DNA from: Octopus bimaculoides
Taxonomy: Eukaryota
NCBI RefSeq assembly: GCF_001194135.2
Contig: NC_068988.1
Coordinates: 79,438,576 to 79,476,463, forward strand
Length of the DNA stretch: 37,888 nucleotides
Direction: 5' to 3'
Part shown: piece by piece, positions 10,561-22,039 of the stretch
Numbering within the stretch: position 1 is the stretch's first letter
Layout of the letters: every line of letters begins with the position of its first letter
Notes under the pieces: generated by a model
The model's database searches: none
Seen by the model: only the letters and a program-made list of their open reading frames with translations
Told to the model about the DNA's origin: nothing
Translations under genes and position numbers: made by a program

Positions 10561-11490
10561 ATGAGTAGCAATTCACTGAACTTGAAAAGGCCAATCTGCC
10601 ATGATGAAAGTGAGATCCTAAAAGTATTAGCTTTACATAATGAGGAAATAATCTTCATATGTGACAGATGTATTGGTGTAGTATGTACTATGAGCACACT
10701 AGAAATAAATTCTCTTAAATGCCCAGATGGCTCACTAAAAGCAGTGGATAGCTTTTGTTATCAAGGAGACATAATTAGCAGGAGGAAATGGTTGTTCTGA
10801 AAACATAGTTGCCTAGGTAAGAACGAGAACAAAAAAGTCCAGGGAGCTACTAAGGCTACTGGCAACAAAATGCAACATATCAGGTACTGAAGCCATCTTC
10901 ATCAAAATACACCTTAGATGGTCAGGTCATCTCTTCGATACGAGTGATATTAGAATTCCAAAGCAACTTCTCTTTGGCCAATTTCCAACAGGAAGGTCAT
11001 TTGGAAAGCCACTCTTGTGCTTCAAAGACAAACTAAATGACAATCTGAAGCAATGCAACAATCCCTTTTCTTCCTGGGAAAACAAAGCATCAGAATGTAG
11101 GACCTGATGCCTCTGAGTGAAAGGTAGACCGCATGATGCTTGTGCTAGAACTGTGAAGCTGCATGATAGTCAGACATATGTCTTGAAGGAACAAAACTTG
11201 AGAAGACTAGAATAAAATGAAGCTAGCATGCTCTGTTGGATGTGCAGTGTAAGTGTGTGTGAACAACAAAGTACAAATGTATTGAGAGAAAAACTGGGGA
11301 AAAGAATAAGATGTAGTGGTGCAAAATTGAATGCTACATTGGTATAAACATGTGAAGCATGTGGTGGAGGACATCCTTATAAAGAAGTGCTAGTTACTTA
11401 ATGTAGATGGAACTTCCAAAAAAGAGAGACCCAGGAAGACATGGGATGAAGTAGTGAAGGCTCAATTCAGAACCACAGTGACACAGATCC
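10561..11490 (+). mobile_element. Second degraded RTE LINE piece (interrupted at 10871-11107)
   Basis: It reads NSLKCPDGSLKAVDSFCYQGDIIS...ELLRLLATK and resumes at ~11108 with (L)RVKGR..DACA, running to TWDEVVK. Confidence 0.8.
10871..11107 (+). mobile_element. Coding fragment of a different (BovB-like) RTE lineage
   Basis: Stop-free 78 codons: CNISGTEAIFIKIHLRWSGHLFDTSDIRIPKQLLFGQFPTGRSFGKPLLCFKDKLNDNLKQCNNPFSSWENKASECRT*. The LRWxGH...R.PKQLL.G motif is typical of RTE/BovB ORF2. Confidence 0.75.
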
Positions 11491-11519
11491 TTATATATAT
11501 ATATATATATATATATGCA

Positions 11520-12690
11520 CAACAGGGACTCCTCACCTAATTTCTTCCTGAAGCCAACATCACCACCCATCATTTTGCTAATTGCAGTATTCTGCTGCTG
11601 AAATAGATGTGAGCAGAACCATATACTTCTCCAGATTTTCTCTGAAACCACTAATCTTTCTTACTACTCAGTAACTTTTCACTTGATATCCATTCGTTAT
11701 TCTTATTACTGTCTATCTGCACCCACATTTCATATTGATTACCCTTTTATACTACTGAATTATTTCTCCTCCTCTGCCATAATATATTTCTCATTTTCCC
11801 CTTGCATTATGCCTGCCTTTCCCTTCACACTCTTGCAACCTACACAACCACACACATCATCTTTCTTTCTCACATCCTTCCCTTGTCTAATATATTATTA
11901 TTATTACTACTACTATTCTATTGTTCTTGAGCACTTTCTGCACTACCATATACAACTCTCCCCTATCTCATCTCAACTCATATGCAACATTAATCACCTC
12001 CATCCTTACCCACCCTTCAACCCTAGGCTTGTGGGGTGGATGTAGTGAAAGGTGGATAAGGTAAAGAAGAGTAGGTGATCTCTACAGTTATCATTTACTC
12101 TTCTTTACCTTCCTTCCAACCAATATATACTTATCCTTCAACACTTGTTCTTCATTATATTCACCTCACCCCTCATTCCACATATCTAATCACCTTTCAC
12201 TCTCCCCATGTACTCTTGCAACTTATGCCCACCTACACTACTTGTTCTTGTGTCACCACTCACTTTTACTCTCCTTGTGCCTCAAAGTGTCACCCTCATA
12301 TCTCATCACCACTATTTTTATCATTCTTCAGTCTCACTCCAGTTACTCCTACCTGTTCTTCTTTAATGTGAACAACCTCTATAACAAGAAAATTGTTTTG
12401 TTATGATCCCTTCTCACATACTTCTTGCATAAAGCTACCTTTCTCTCTCCTGTAGCTCCACCCAGTTGAAAGAGATTGTTATCTAGCAAGCTGCATGGTG
12501 ACCTCACTAGTGCTAGTGTCCCAAAAAAGCATACAGAAAATGCTGTAAAGGGCATTCAACTGCAGAAACTATGCCCAAGCAACTATGCAATCCTCTGAGC
12601 CATTACAATCTGTCAAACCATCTAGACCATGCTAACATGGAACATAAACATTAATATAAGATGAGGACGGTGATAATGATGAAATATCTA
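11520..12690 (+). repeat. Pyrimidine-rich RTE-associated 3'UTR plus RTE-type tail
   Basis: A long C/T-rich tract runs into an AAAGGGCAT module and a GAT-rich tail. The same architecture occurs at 27100-28000 (+) and 19090-19440 (-). Confidence 0.5.
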
Positions 12691-14142
12691 AACATTTATC
12701 ACTATAAACAAAATGAGAACTCTAATATTAAATCAAATATGTAAACTAGTGAAAGAAGGCATATATTTATACATGTGTATATATATATATATATATATAT
12801 ATGTAGAACTTCAGCAAGTGATAATGACAGTAGTATTTCCTGGCACTAAAGTGGAAAATTGGGATTCAATTTTTGCAATGTAATATGCACTGTTGTTATA
12901 ACATCAATCAGAAATTAGGAAATTAAGCTTGCAATCACTCTGAAGTTGGAAACATGTCTTATTGTTTATGAGAGGAGGGGGTGAAGTACAAGTATCTTTA
13001 CTTTGATATATACAGGGATTTTATTTTAGTATTGTTGAAAGAGTCTGAGTGGTAATGTTTACACGGAATAATGTTCTGAAGGCTTCTGGTAATGAAAGCA
13101 ATGAATGTTTAGATGTGGATGACTTTTGTATGCAAAAATTTGGAGAAAAGTTAATGGCAGTATTATTTGCAAATGTATGCTTATAATTAGAAGTGATACT
13201 AGGTATTAATATATACAGAAATATGCATGTTGGCAATAAAACTGGTTTTCACATTGCAGCAGAACTGACAGAGCGACAGTCAGGGAGCAAATATTGTAAT
13301 CTGTTAGTCAGCATCAATCCAACATTTGAGAGACAGATGATTAAATACACACAGATGTAGTGTCAAAAGCAAAGAAACACAGATGAGTGTACAGTCGATG
13401 GCTGTTCATCAATTTTCAGGTCAGACTGGAAGAGAGTTAAAGAGGAATTTTGTAGAGCGCATACTGTGTTTGAGGAAAAGTGGGCAATAAATGTAGAGGC
13501 GCTTTTTCAATATGCATTGACAAATGGTGCTTTTAAGTGTCTGTAATTGGAAGTGCACCAGCAAATTTAGAGGAAATTTACAGTATGTATTTGCGTCTGT
13601 GTTCCTTGCTTGAAGTAAATGCAATATCTACATATTGCTTCTACTGTTAAAAGAGTTCAGTATAATACCAACATTCTAGGCTTCCGGCTTGACTTCCATG
13701 TTTTAAATGAAGTAAAATGGGCCTGGTATTTATGAAATAAAGCAAAATGAATTGTGTTTCAAATAGAAATTGATTGTATCTCTTATTCTTTTAGTGACCA
13801 AAATGATAAGGAGTAGACTAACTTATATGGATAGAGTTCAGATCCGTTCCAGGTGTTTTACTGTTTCCAGCTAAAATATATTCTTCTCCAAGCTTCACAT
13901 TACCTAGCTATTTGGAATAGGAACTAGACTGTCTTTAAGAAAAATTGTTATGTTCACCAAGTACAGATTTCATTGTCATCAACATTTTTAACCCACTAGA
14001 AACTGGATTTAAGCAAATAACTTATGGAGTCCTACACGCCTTGACAGTAAAAACTAATATCCAGATACACACACACACACACACATGCACTACATTACAA
14101 AAACAAATGCCTGTGAATTGAAAACAAACAAAAACAAATTAC

Positions 14143-14206
14143 CTGGTTCTTTGTGTTTCCATTCAGATTTTCACGAGTTAAAAACCGTATTCTCTCTTCA
14201 CTGTAA
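14143..14206 (-). CDS. BMI1: BMI1/PCGF-like coding exon (64 nt, phase 2 to 0): [21 protein letters not shown]
   Basis: Acceptor ttttatag, donor gtaatt. Only one frame is open, and its phase matches the 109-nt exon. The sequence is the poorly conserved linker, so support comes from splice signals and phase. Confidence 0.75.
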
Positions 14207-14516
14207 CTATAAAAGTAGATGGTTAAAAAGGCCAAATCAGATTACAGACTAAAAAGTGTTCATATAACAATCTAAATAACAAAAACATTTTCACTTAACT
14301 GATAGTAACAAATAGAGACTGGAAGATATTGTCATTTTAGTTCATCATACAACAGTTATTGATGCTGTTCTTAGTATTAATATCATAATGATTAATTATA
14401 AATTATTAGTTATAAGTTTACAAAGCCTAAAACATATCTTTGGATCAAATTGTACTTATATTGTGGACTATAGATTTCCACGGCTGCTTTATTAATAGGG
14501 CATTGCAGGAGCGGTG

Positions 14517-14535
14517 TTAACCCTTTCAGCCAAAC
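14517..14535 (+). mobile_element. Possible piggyBac-type left end (TTAA-CCCTTTCAGC)
   Basis: TTAA followed by CCCTTT. I found no partner end. Confidence 0.3.
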
Positions 14536-15136
14536 AGCTCATATACTTCATAGAACCATTACAACTCATAATTTCAAACTTACATCTAACATGTAAATGA
14601 AAATAAATATACTTCTTTACTGAATAGCATGAGCTGATAAGTGAGGCTTTACAAGAGAATTCAGTCAGCTAGAAGTTGCAAACAAATCCCCTTCATACTA
14701 CACCGTCCCCTCTAAAATAAAGAGTAATTGAATAATTTAGTTCTTAGACATAAACCTGAAAACACTTAGCGGGCATACTGGAAGACTTTCCGTCATATAT
14801 TTGTTCAATTATAATCGAACTAGGGCTAAACACCAAATAAAAACTGCTGCCATATTCTATGGACTTGCAAAATACATATCCTATAATTTACCCAAGATAT
14901 AAATAGGACACAAAGAGATTCCAAGATCATATTGAAATGAAATTCGACACAGTGTTTGAAACCCTTCAGTATTAAAGGACTATTTTTAATAACCCACATA
15001 TAAGTTTTAACAACACCAAAGACTTTTGGTATCAACACTATAACTAATACATACATATATATATATACAAGGCTTTTTCGAGCGGAATTGTTTGCCAGTG
15101 CCCCCGGACTGGCTCATGTGCGGGCGACACATGAAA

Positions 15137-15530
15137 NNNNNNNNNNNNNNNNNNNNNNNNNNNNNNNNNNNNNNNNNNNNNNNNNNNNNNNNNNNNNNNN
15201 NNNNNNNNNNNNNNNNNNNNNNNNNNNNNNNNNNNNNNNNNNNNNNNNNNNNNNNNNNNNNNNNNNNNNNNNNNNNNNNNNNNNNNNNNNNNNNNNNNNN
15301 NNNNNNNNNNNNNNNNNNNNNNNNNNNNNNNNNNNNNNNNNNNNNNNNNNNNNNNNNNNNNNNNNNNNNNNNNNNNNNNNNNNNNNNNNNNNNNNNNNNN
15401 NNNNNNNNNNNNNNNNNNNNNNNNNNNNNNNNNNNNNNNNNNNNNNNNNNNNNNNNNNNNNNNNNNNNNNNNNNNNNNNNNNNNNNNNNNNNNNNNNNNN
15501 NNNNNNNNNNNNNNNNNNNNNNNNNNNNNN
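15137..15530. other. Assembly gap (394 N)
   Basis: Run of N. Confidence 1.
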
Positions 15531-15649
15531 GGTATATATATATATATATATATATAGTGAACCAGAAGGCTACACCAGGCTCCAATCCGAACTCTGCCAA
15601 ATCAGCCAAACCAGCTGCAGACCCCAAGAGGATAGGTGAATACTAAATA

Positions 15650-17247
15650 AGCAATTCCAGAGTGTCTTCACCTCTTCAATGGGAAACTTGCACATGGGTG
15701 AGCCTAAAGCATTCTTCAACACTGTAGACCTACATGGGAAAAAGCAGCCATCGATTACATCGGCCATTAATGAGATAAGCTCAAACTCAGCAAGGGGCCC
15801 AGATGGATTTCCATCTGTTCTAAAAAACATGCAAGAAAGCTCTCACAAAACCACTGCAGATGCTTTTTCAGAATTTTCTTGCATGTGTAAAACCTCCCAA
15901 ACTGTTGAAAGAGCGTATCATATGCCCTGTCCATACAGGAGAAAGCGGAGCAGATGTTAAAAATTACAGGCCTATGTTTCTGACTTCACATGATAACAAG
16001 GTCATGGAACACCTTGTTGGAAGGAAACCGATCATGTCCCTGGAAAAGAACAACTTGCTCACAAACATACACCATGTTTTCCACCCAGAGAGGAGCTGCC
16101 TCACACTGCTGCTACAACCTTTATGATTGGGTACTGAAATAGCAGCTCAACTCAAATGTGGATGTGATATATCTCGACTTTGCCATAGGATAATAAGTCA
16201 CAAACTATGTGACCTTGATATCACTGGAAAACTTGGAGAGTGGCTGCTTGAATTTTTAAAGGACAGCAATCAGGTAGTTGCAGCCAATGGTGCTCTTTCT
16301 GGGGAGACATCAAACTATGGCAGAGTTCCTCAGGGAACTGTACTGGAACTACTACTGTTTGTATTGGCTTTCTCAGACTAGCCCTCACTTGTACAGTCAA
16401 TCACTCTCACCAACTACACTGATGATACAAAAGTATTTCAGGTGTTCAAGGACCCTGATGACAGTAAAACTGCAAAATGACCTGCATGCAATATACAAAT
16501 TGGTAGATGAAAATAACATTCATTTCAATGTTGATAAGTTTCAAGCACTCCACTATCAGGCCCACAAACAGACTACAATCAGACTACATAGGACCAGGGG
16601 GCAGTGCAATCCCAGAGTTAGAATTGGTGCATGATCTGGGAATCCACATGAGTAATGAGACAATATTCCATGTGCATATTGCCAGGACAACAAAACTGTG
16701 CACATGAGTAGCTGCATGGATCCTTAGATCATTCAGAACCAGAAATAGGGATACCTTGCTACTCCTACAGAGGACACTTGTCCTAAGTTGTCTGGATTAC
16801 TGCCCCCAACTGTTAAATTTAAATATAGTCAAATTGGCAACAGAACTTGAGGCAATCCAGCACTACTACACAAAGAAGATTGACTCAGTGAAACAGATGA
16901 GCTACTGGGAGAGGCTACAAGAATTGAAGCAAAAAAAGTATGCAGTGATAAACATATGAAAGATCCTGCAAGGTCTAGCTCCAAACTTTGGAATTAAAAG
17001 CTACACCAACCACTGAACTGGATGGCACTCCATACAACCCAAGATACCACATTCTTCCACTCAGATAAGGACCCAGTATTGCAACAACTTGGGTTTCAGG
17101 GAAACAACTGTTTAACATCCAGCCAAGAGGTCTGCAAGGTGTAGATGTGCAAACGTTCAGAAAGCACGTAGACAACTTTCTACCTGAAATCCAAGATGAG
17201 TCTACATCATGGCAGGAAGTACAAAGAAGAGTTTTGTCCAACTCACT
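15650..17247 (+). mobile_element. CR1-superfamily (CR1/L2/Crack-like) LINE ORF2 relic
   Basis: Motifs SARGPDG, KNYRP.FLTS, RVPQGTVL, YTDDTK, LQNDL, LDYC and SYWERLQEL, fragmented by frameshifts and stops. Confidence 0.9.
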
Positions 17248-17753
17248 TGAGGTAGACCCCAGAAGACATGGGATGAGGCGGTAAAGCATGATCTTCCAAT
17301 GCTGGGCCTCACAGAAGCGATACAAATAATCAAAACCTTTGGTGATATACTGTGCTTGAGAAGAATCGTTAAGCCAGGTGGAATTGCAGTTGTGGCCATT
17401 GCCGGCATCATATAAATGGCACCTGTGAAATTGTAGTCATAATCATTGCCGGTAGCATGATCTTCAAATATTGGGCCTCATGGAGGTGATGAGAAGTGAC
17501 TGAGACCATTGGCGATATGCTGTGATTGAGAAGGCTCAGCAAGCTAAGTGAAATCATAGTCGTGACCATTGCTGGTGTCATGCAAATAGCACATAAAAAG
17601 CACTCTTTACACTCTGGAAGTGATTGACATTAGGAAGGATCCAGATGTAGAAGCCATGCCAAACCAGACTGGAACCTGGTGCAGCTCTCTGGCTTATCAG
17701 TTCCAGTCAAACTGTTTAACCTATGCCAGCATGGAAAGTGGACGTTAAATGAG
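17248..17753 (+). mobile_element. RTE 3' end with tandemly duplicated ORF terminus
   Basis: It begins GRPQKTWDEAVKHDL.. and the segment is repeated at ~17455-17570. The tail ends GGAAAGTGGACGTTAAATGA. Confidence 0.8.
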
Positions 17754-18890
17754 TAGTATCTTGCCAGGAAAGAAGCCACTGCACCAAGCATTTATTGACC
17801 TAGAGAAGGTTTCTGACTGGGTTCCATGATCTGTGATCTGGTGACTGGTCACCAAGAAAGCTTGAGGTAGGCTTGTGAGAGTTGTACAAGCCATGTGCAA
17901 GGGTGCAGTCAGTAAGTTACTATAACAATAAATTCAGCATGAAGACAGAGTGCTCCAAGACACAGTCTTCAGACCCATTCTATTCATTGTAGCTCTCAAA
18001 ATCATAGCAAAAGTGTTTAAAACTGGCTACCTCCAGGAACTTCCATATGCTGATGACTTAGTTCCTATAGCCTTGTAGAATTAGAAAATAAATTCCAGAC
18101 ATGAAAATAAAACCTAGAATTGAGAGGCCTCAAAGTGAATTTAGCAAAGTTTAAGGTGAAAGAAGGCAGAACCTTGTTACCATCAGGGAAATGGCCATGT
18201 TTGATATGTAGAAATTCCACACAGAGTAACCAGTGTACAAGCCATGTTACGTCCTGTGACCACCAGTTCACAGAACAAGGTATTGTGGGATCACAAATAA
18301 GAGAAAATAGAAGATAGACTGCTCATGTGACAGCTGCAAAGAGACACTAAATGGTAAGAGCATGTTCTCTAGAAGGAGTTCATATTCTTTTAACTAGGGG
18401 ACCTAGTTAGCAGTGAGGAGAATGGTTTGAGAACGTAGAGGCCAGTATAAGAACTGGAAAGAAAACGTTGAATTTATTACCCTTACAGACAATAAAGAGC
18501 TTTCCCTCAGCATGAAGGGTAGATTGTGCGATGCCTGTGTATGAAGCACAGTGCTGCATGGTAGTGAGATTGGACCTTGAATGTAGAGGATTTACAAAGA
18601 CTAGAAAAAATAAAGTTGCACATAAATGCCAAATTACATATGAGTTGAGAGAAAAATTAAACAATAAGAAGAATTAGATGCAGTGTGCAAAAGAGAAGAA
18701 TTCACTGGTATGGGCATATGATGCATATGGTGGAGGGCAGCTGTATAAAGAAATGCATGAGCTCAAGGTGAATGAAACGTGTGGAAGAGAGAAACAAGAA
18801 GATCTGAGACAAGCTGATGAAGACAGATCTAAAGCTGTTGCATCTCATGGCAGAGACGATCATATGGGGCAAGAGAGACTCCTACTCATC
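17754..18890 (+). mobile_element. Degraded RTE LINE
   Basis: KKPLHQAFIDLEK, QELPYADDL, RGLKVNLAK..WPCLICR and SMKGRLCDACV. Confidence 0.85.
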
Positions 18891-19089
18891 TAGTTATATG
18901 AAAATGAATGTTGAATGTTAAAACTTTGTGAGTATACATACATATATATGCACATACACACACACACACACAGACGATAAACTAAATTCAAGAACACTGG
19001 TGGTAGTCTGCATTGACAAGACTAGTGTTATTTTGAAAAAAAAGACAGAAATAGAACAGTGAAATTGCTGCAGAGAGTGGATTCTCCAA

Positions 19090-20340
19090 TGTTTCAGACA
19101 AAGCCATTCTTCAGAGTTAAAGAAGGAATAAAAAAAAAAAAAAGACTGCAGAGTTTTACATCTTTAATGTTTAAGCAACTAGTTGCATTTGATGGTGAAT
19201 GCAAGGTAATGTGATCATGAATACATAAGTAGGAAATAGGAAATAGGAAAAAAACTCGGTGAGAAGGGAAAAGAGGAGAAATGAAAAGAGGAAGAGACAT
19301 GAGCTAGGGTGAAGTGGTGGGAAAGATTAAGGTGAGAGGGAATATGACAGATAAGAATGAACAAAGAGGGAATGAAGGGGTAGCAGAAAAATGCAGCTTC
19401 CACTATTTGTGAGTCTGCTTTTCCATGTTTGCAAAGGTTGAGCTGCTAGCTGTCTATTATTTGTAGCACTCCTTTGCCATTTCCTTTGTGAAATTCAGTA
19501 CTTCTGATCATGTCTTCCTCTCCCACCATTTCCTTTTGTATGGATTTCCTGGCACGTCTTTATTCAACTGTGATCATCTACATGCACTGTATGGCCATAC
19601 CAGTGTGATTGTCTCTCTTGCACTCTATATTTGACTTTTGTTATACTTAGTCTATATCTACAGCTCAACTGTGCCTCATTATTAATGAACACTAGCATTA
19701 CACATCAGCAAAGAATGCTTGCTTCATTTCTTTCCAGTTTTGAGTGTCCACGTCTCATTATCATGCACCATCACAGTTTGTACACATGAATCATAATCTA
19801 CCCTTCACTTAAAGAAAAAAAAAATCCACTGTTTACAGCAGAGGTTATAGCTCTCTGAACTTTTCTCACCCTGTTCTTATGCTGGTTACTATACTTTCAG
19901 AGCCTCCAGGGCCACTTCTCTGATAGTAACAGGGTCTTATCTTCTTTCTCACTTACCAGAGCTTTAGTTTTTGCCAAGTTTACAATAAAACCTTTCTATT
20001 CTAGATCTTGCATCTGCATTTAGAATTTCTTCTACAGTCATCCACAGCCTCAGCTACAATAATTGTTATTGACATATAAGAGTTCCAAAGAATAGACAGT
20101 TTTAAAGTCTTCAGTTGTTGGTTGGAGAACTATAAGATATGGAAGCAGGTTGAGAATTGAGCCTCGATGTATACCAATCTGCAAGTTAAATTTTTGTCAC
20201 TGAACTTAAAGCTAACTCTCACTTAGTTCACTGCATCTTTGTATGTGGCTTTAACTGTTCCCCAGCTGCCCTTCATCTACACCTCATTTTCTGAAAGGCT
20301 ACCAGACTACAGATTGCAATGCTCTGTAAAAAGCCTACTC
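19090..20340 (-). mobile_element. Degraded RTE LINE with purine-rich (minus-strand pyrimidine-rich) 3'UTR
   Basis: The minus strand gives GGSESIVTSIRTG*EKFREL*PLL and a decayed KAFDRVP...RKLGVDE near 20300. Confidence 0.75.
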
Positions 20341-20949
20341 CAGAACAACTGATACTAGAAGCTTAATATGAGCTAAAAACTTCTCTTGCCTCTCAGGGAA
20401 GAAAGCATCAGTAATACCTCGATATGGCACAAATCAGAATCGAATCTCATGTAAGTGAATTTTTTCCCTAAACAACTGAGCTAAGATGGTTCTTTCATAA
20501 CTTAGCCAATCAGTTAGATACCTCTGTAGTAGTTTCTTTCTTTCTAAGGCAGCTACTTGTGGCAGCTGATGATTAAACAGCTATACATATCTCTAGGGTC
20601 GGAACTTTTCTGTATTATCTGGCTTACTATGTGAGTTTCTTGAGTACTACTTCACTAAATTTTCAGCATCTCAGTGAACATAACTGATTGAGCTGCCTCA
20701 CATTCTTAATATTCATTTTGACCATGTAACATCCCTTCAATAGCTGACTTTTCTGTTGACTATACTTGGTGTAGATCGTCTTTACACACAATTTCAACAT
20801 TTCAAAGTTTCTTTCTTTTCTTTTCTTTGCAGTGTAGCCCCATTTTTACACATGCACATGGACAAATGAAAGAAGCACTCAATACATGAAGTAACATTTA
20901 ATTATTTGTTAGAACTTGTTGATCCACTATAAAACTATGAGTTTCTCAC

Positions 20950-21028
20950 CTGGGATAGAGATCACAGGTGCAAGGAACTAAGAATAATGCAGTGCCATTT
21001 GTGCATTTGCATACTCGTTCTGATGGTA
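20950..21028 (-). CDS. BMI1: Candidate alternative exon (79 nt)
   Basis: Acceptor ctatattttatttaactctag, donor CAG|gtgaga. It is open only as phase 1 to 2 (V-PSERVCKCTNGTALFLVPCTCDLYP-S). There is no homology support. Confidence 0.45.
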
Positions 21029-21152
21029 CTAGAGTTAAATAAAATATAGAATCTAAACTGTTTCAACACACACACAACAAAAGGAAAAGAAAAGAAAAAG
21101 AATATTGAATGTGAAACTGAGAAAACTTATAAGTAAAACATTAAGTACTTAC

Positions 21153-21261
21153 CCAGTGAGAAGTTCCAGTGAAAGACTAACCCTCTCATCTTCAGTGTAA
21201 ATGAGACGTTCGATTGCTTCATCACCTCTATCTTCACCTGGAGTCTGTGCTGTGTGATTGC
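21153..21261 (-). CDS. BMI1: BMI1/PCGF-like coding exon (109 nt, phase 1 to 2): [35 protein letters not shown]
   Basis: Acceptor tacatttag, donor gtaagt. It resembles BMI1 [27 protein letters not shown]. Confidence 0.92.
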
Positions 21262-21711
21262 CTAAATGTACTAAAAACCATACAGATGCAGTTGATTATT
21301 TACAAATAATCCCCACGACCCACCCATAAGTGTAGATTCTTAAATACAGTCATTATTAGAGGAATTGACAGAAACTTGCACAGCAGTTTAGGATTCCTAC
21401 AGACCTGCAGCATGTCTTGGATTAAAACAATATTTGATAGCGTAGTCAACATACTTGTAGATTGCTAACTGTAATACAATAGTAGTAATAAGTATAATCA
21501 AATTTGACGACAGTATGTCACTGGTAGTCATTTTATCAACTATGGAGTTAGATTGATTAAAGGCAAAATTGTTTGGCTCTGAATGAATTTGGTGGTAAAA
21601 ATAAAATTGTAAAGTATGTAATTTGTCTTTCTACAAGTTCTACAAGTTCTACCAACATACCACTTTAACCATTTATGTTAACACGAATAAATATGAAAAT
21701 GAAAATCATAC

Positions 21712-21753
21712 CTTTGTGGCTGGCATAGAAATCTCGACGACGTTTCATTTCAT
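21712..21753 (-). CDS. BMI1: BMI1/PCGF-like coding exon (42 nt, phase 1 to 1): [13 protein letters not shown]
   Basis: Acceptor tttctatgtttcag, donor gtatga. [10 protein letters not shown] is the BMI1 post-RING motif. Confidence 0.95.
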
Positions 21754-22039
21754 CTGAAACATAGAAACAAGAAGTTGCAGATGAATATAGCAAATAAATG
21801 GATAAAGAATGAGGATCTCATTTTTACAAGGCATGAAACCTCTATAATCTATAAATAGCAAGTATGGGATGATGTGAAACTGAAGCTTTTCCCTAAAGGT
21901 CATCAGTAACATATGCAAAATGAAGCAACAAGTTAAACTTGGAATCAAAATTATGCTTGCAGAATCTGCGTGTCTCTCTTTATGAAATAGAACTAACTTT
22001 TGATAAGTTAAGTCCATTTTAACTAAAATCTTAAATCAC

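Noticed and set aside
13421-13624. Minus ORF as the next BMI1 exon
   Set aside because: It has no RYLxCPA/RAWUL motif in any frame I read and no convincing splice pair.
13898-13935. Small minus-strand AG...GT exon candidates
   Set aside because: The phase-0 reading hits a stop or gives a short unsupported peptide, and the acceptor context is weak.
15007-15646. ORFs of 183-206 aa; likewise 26642-27085
   Set aside because: They run through N gaps and microsatellites.
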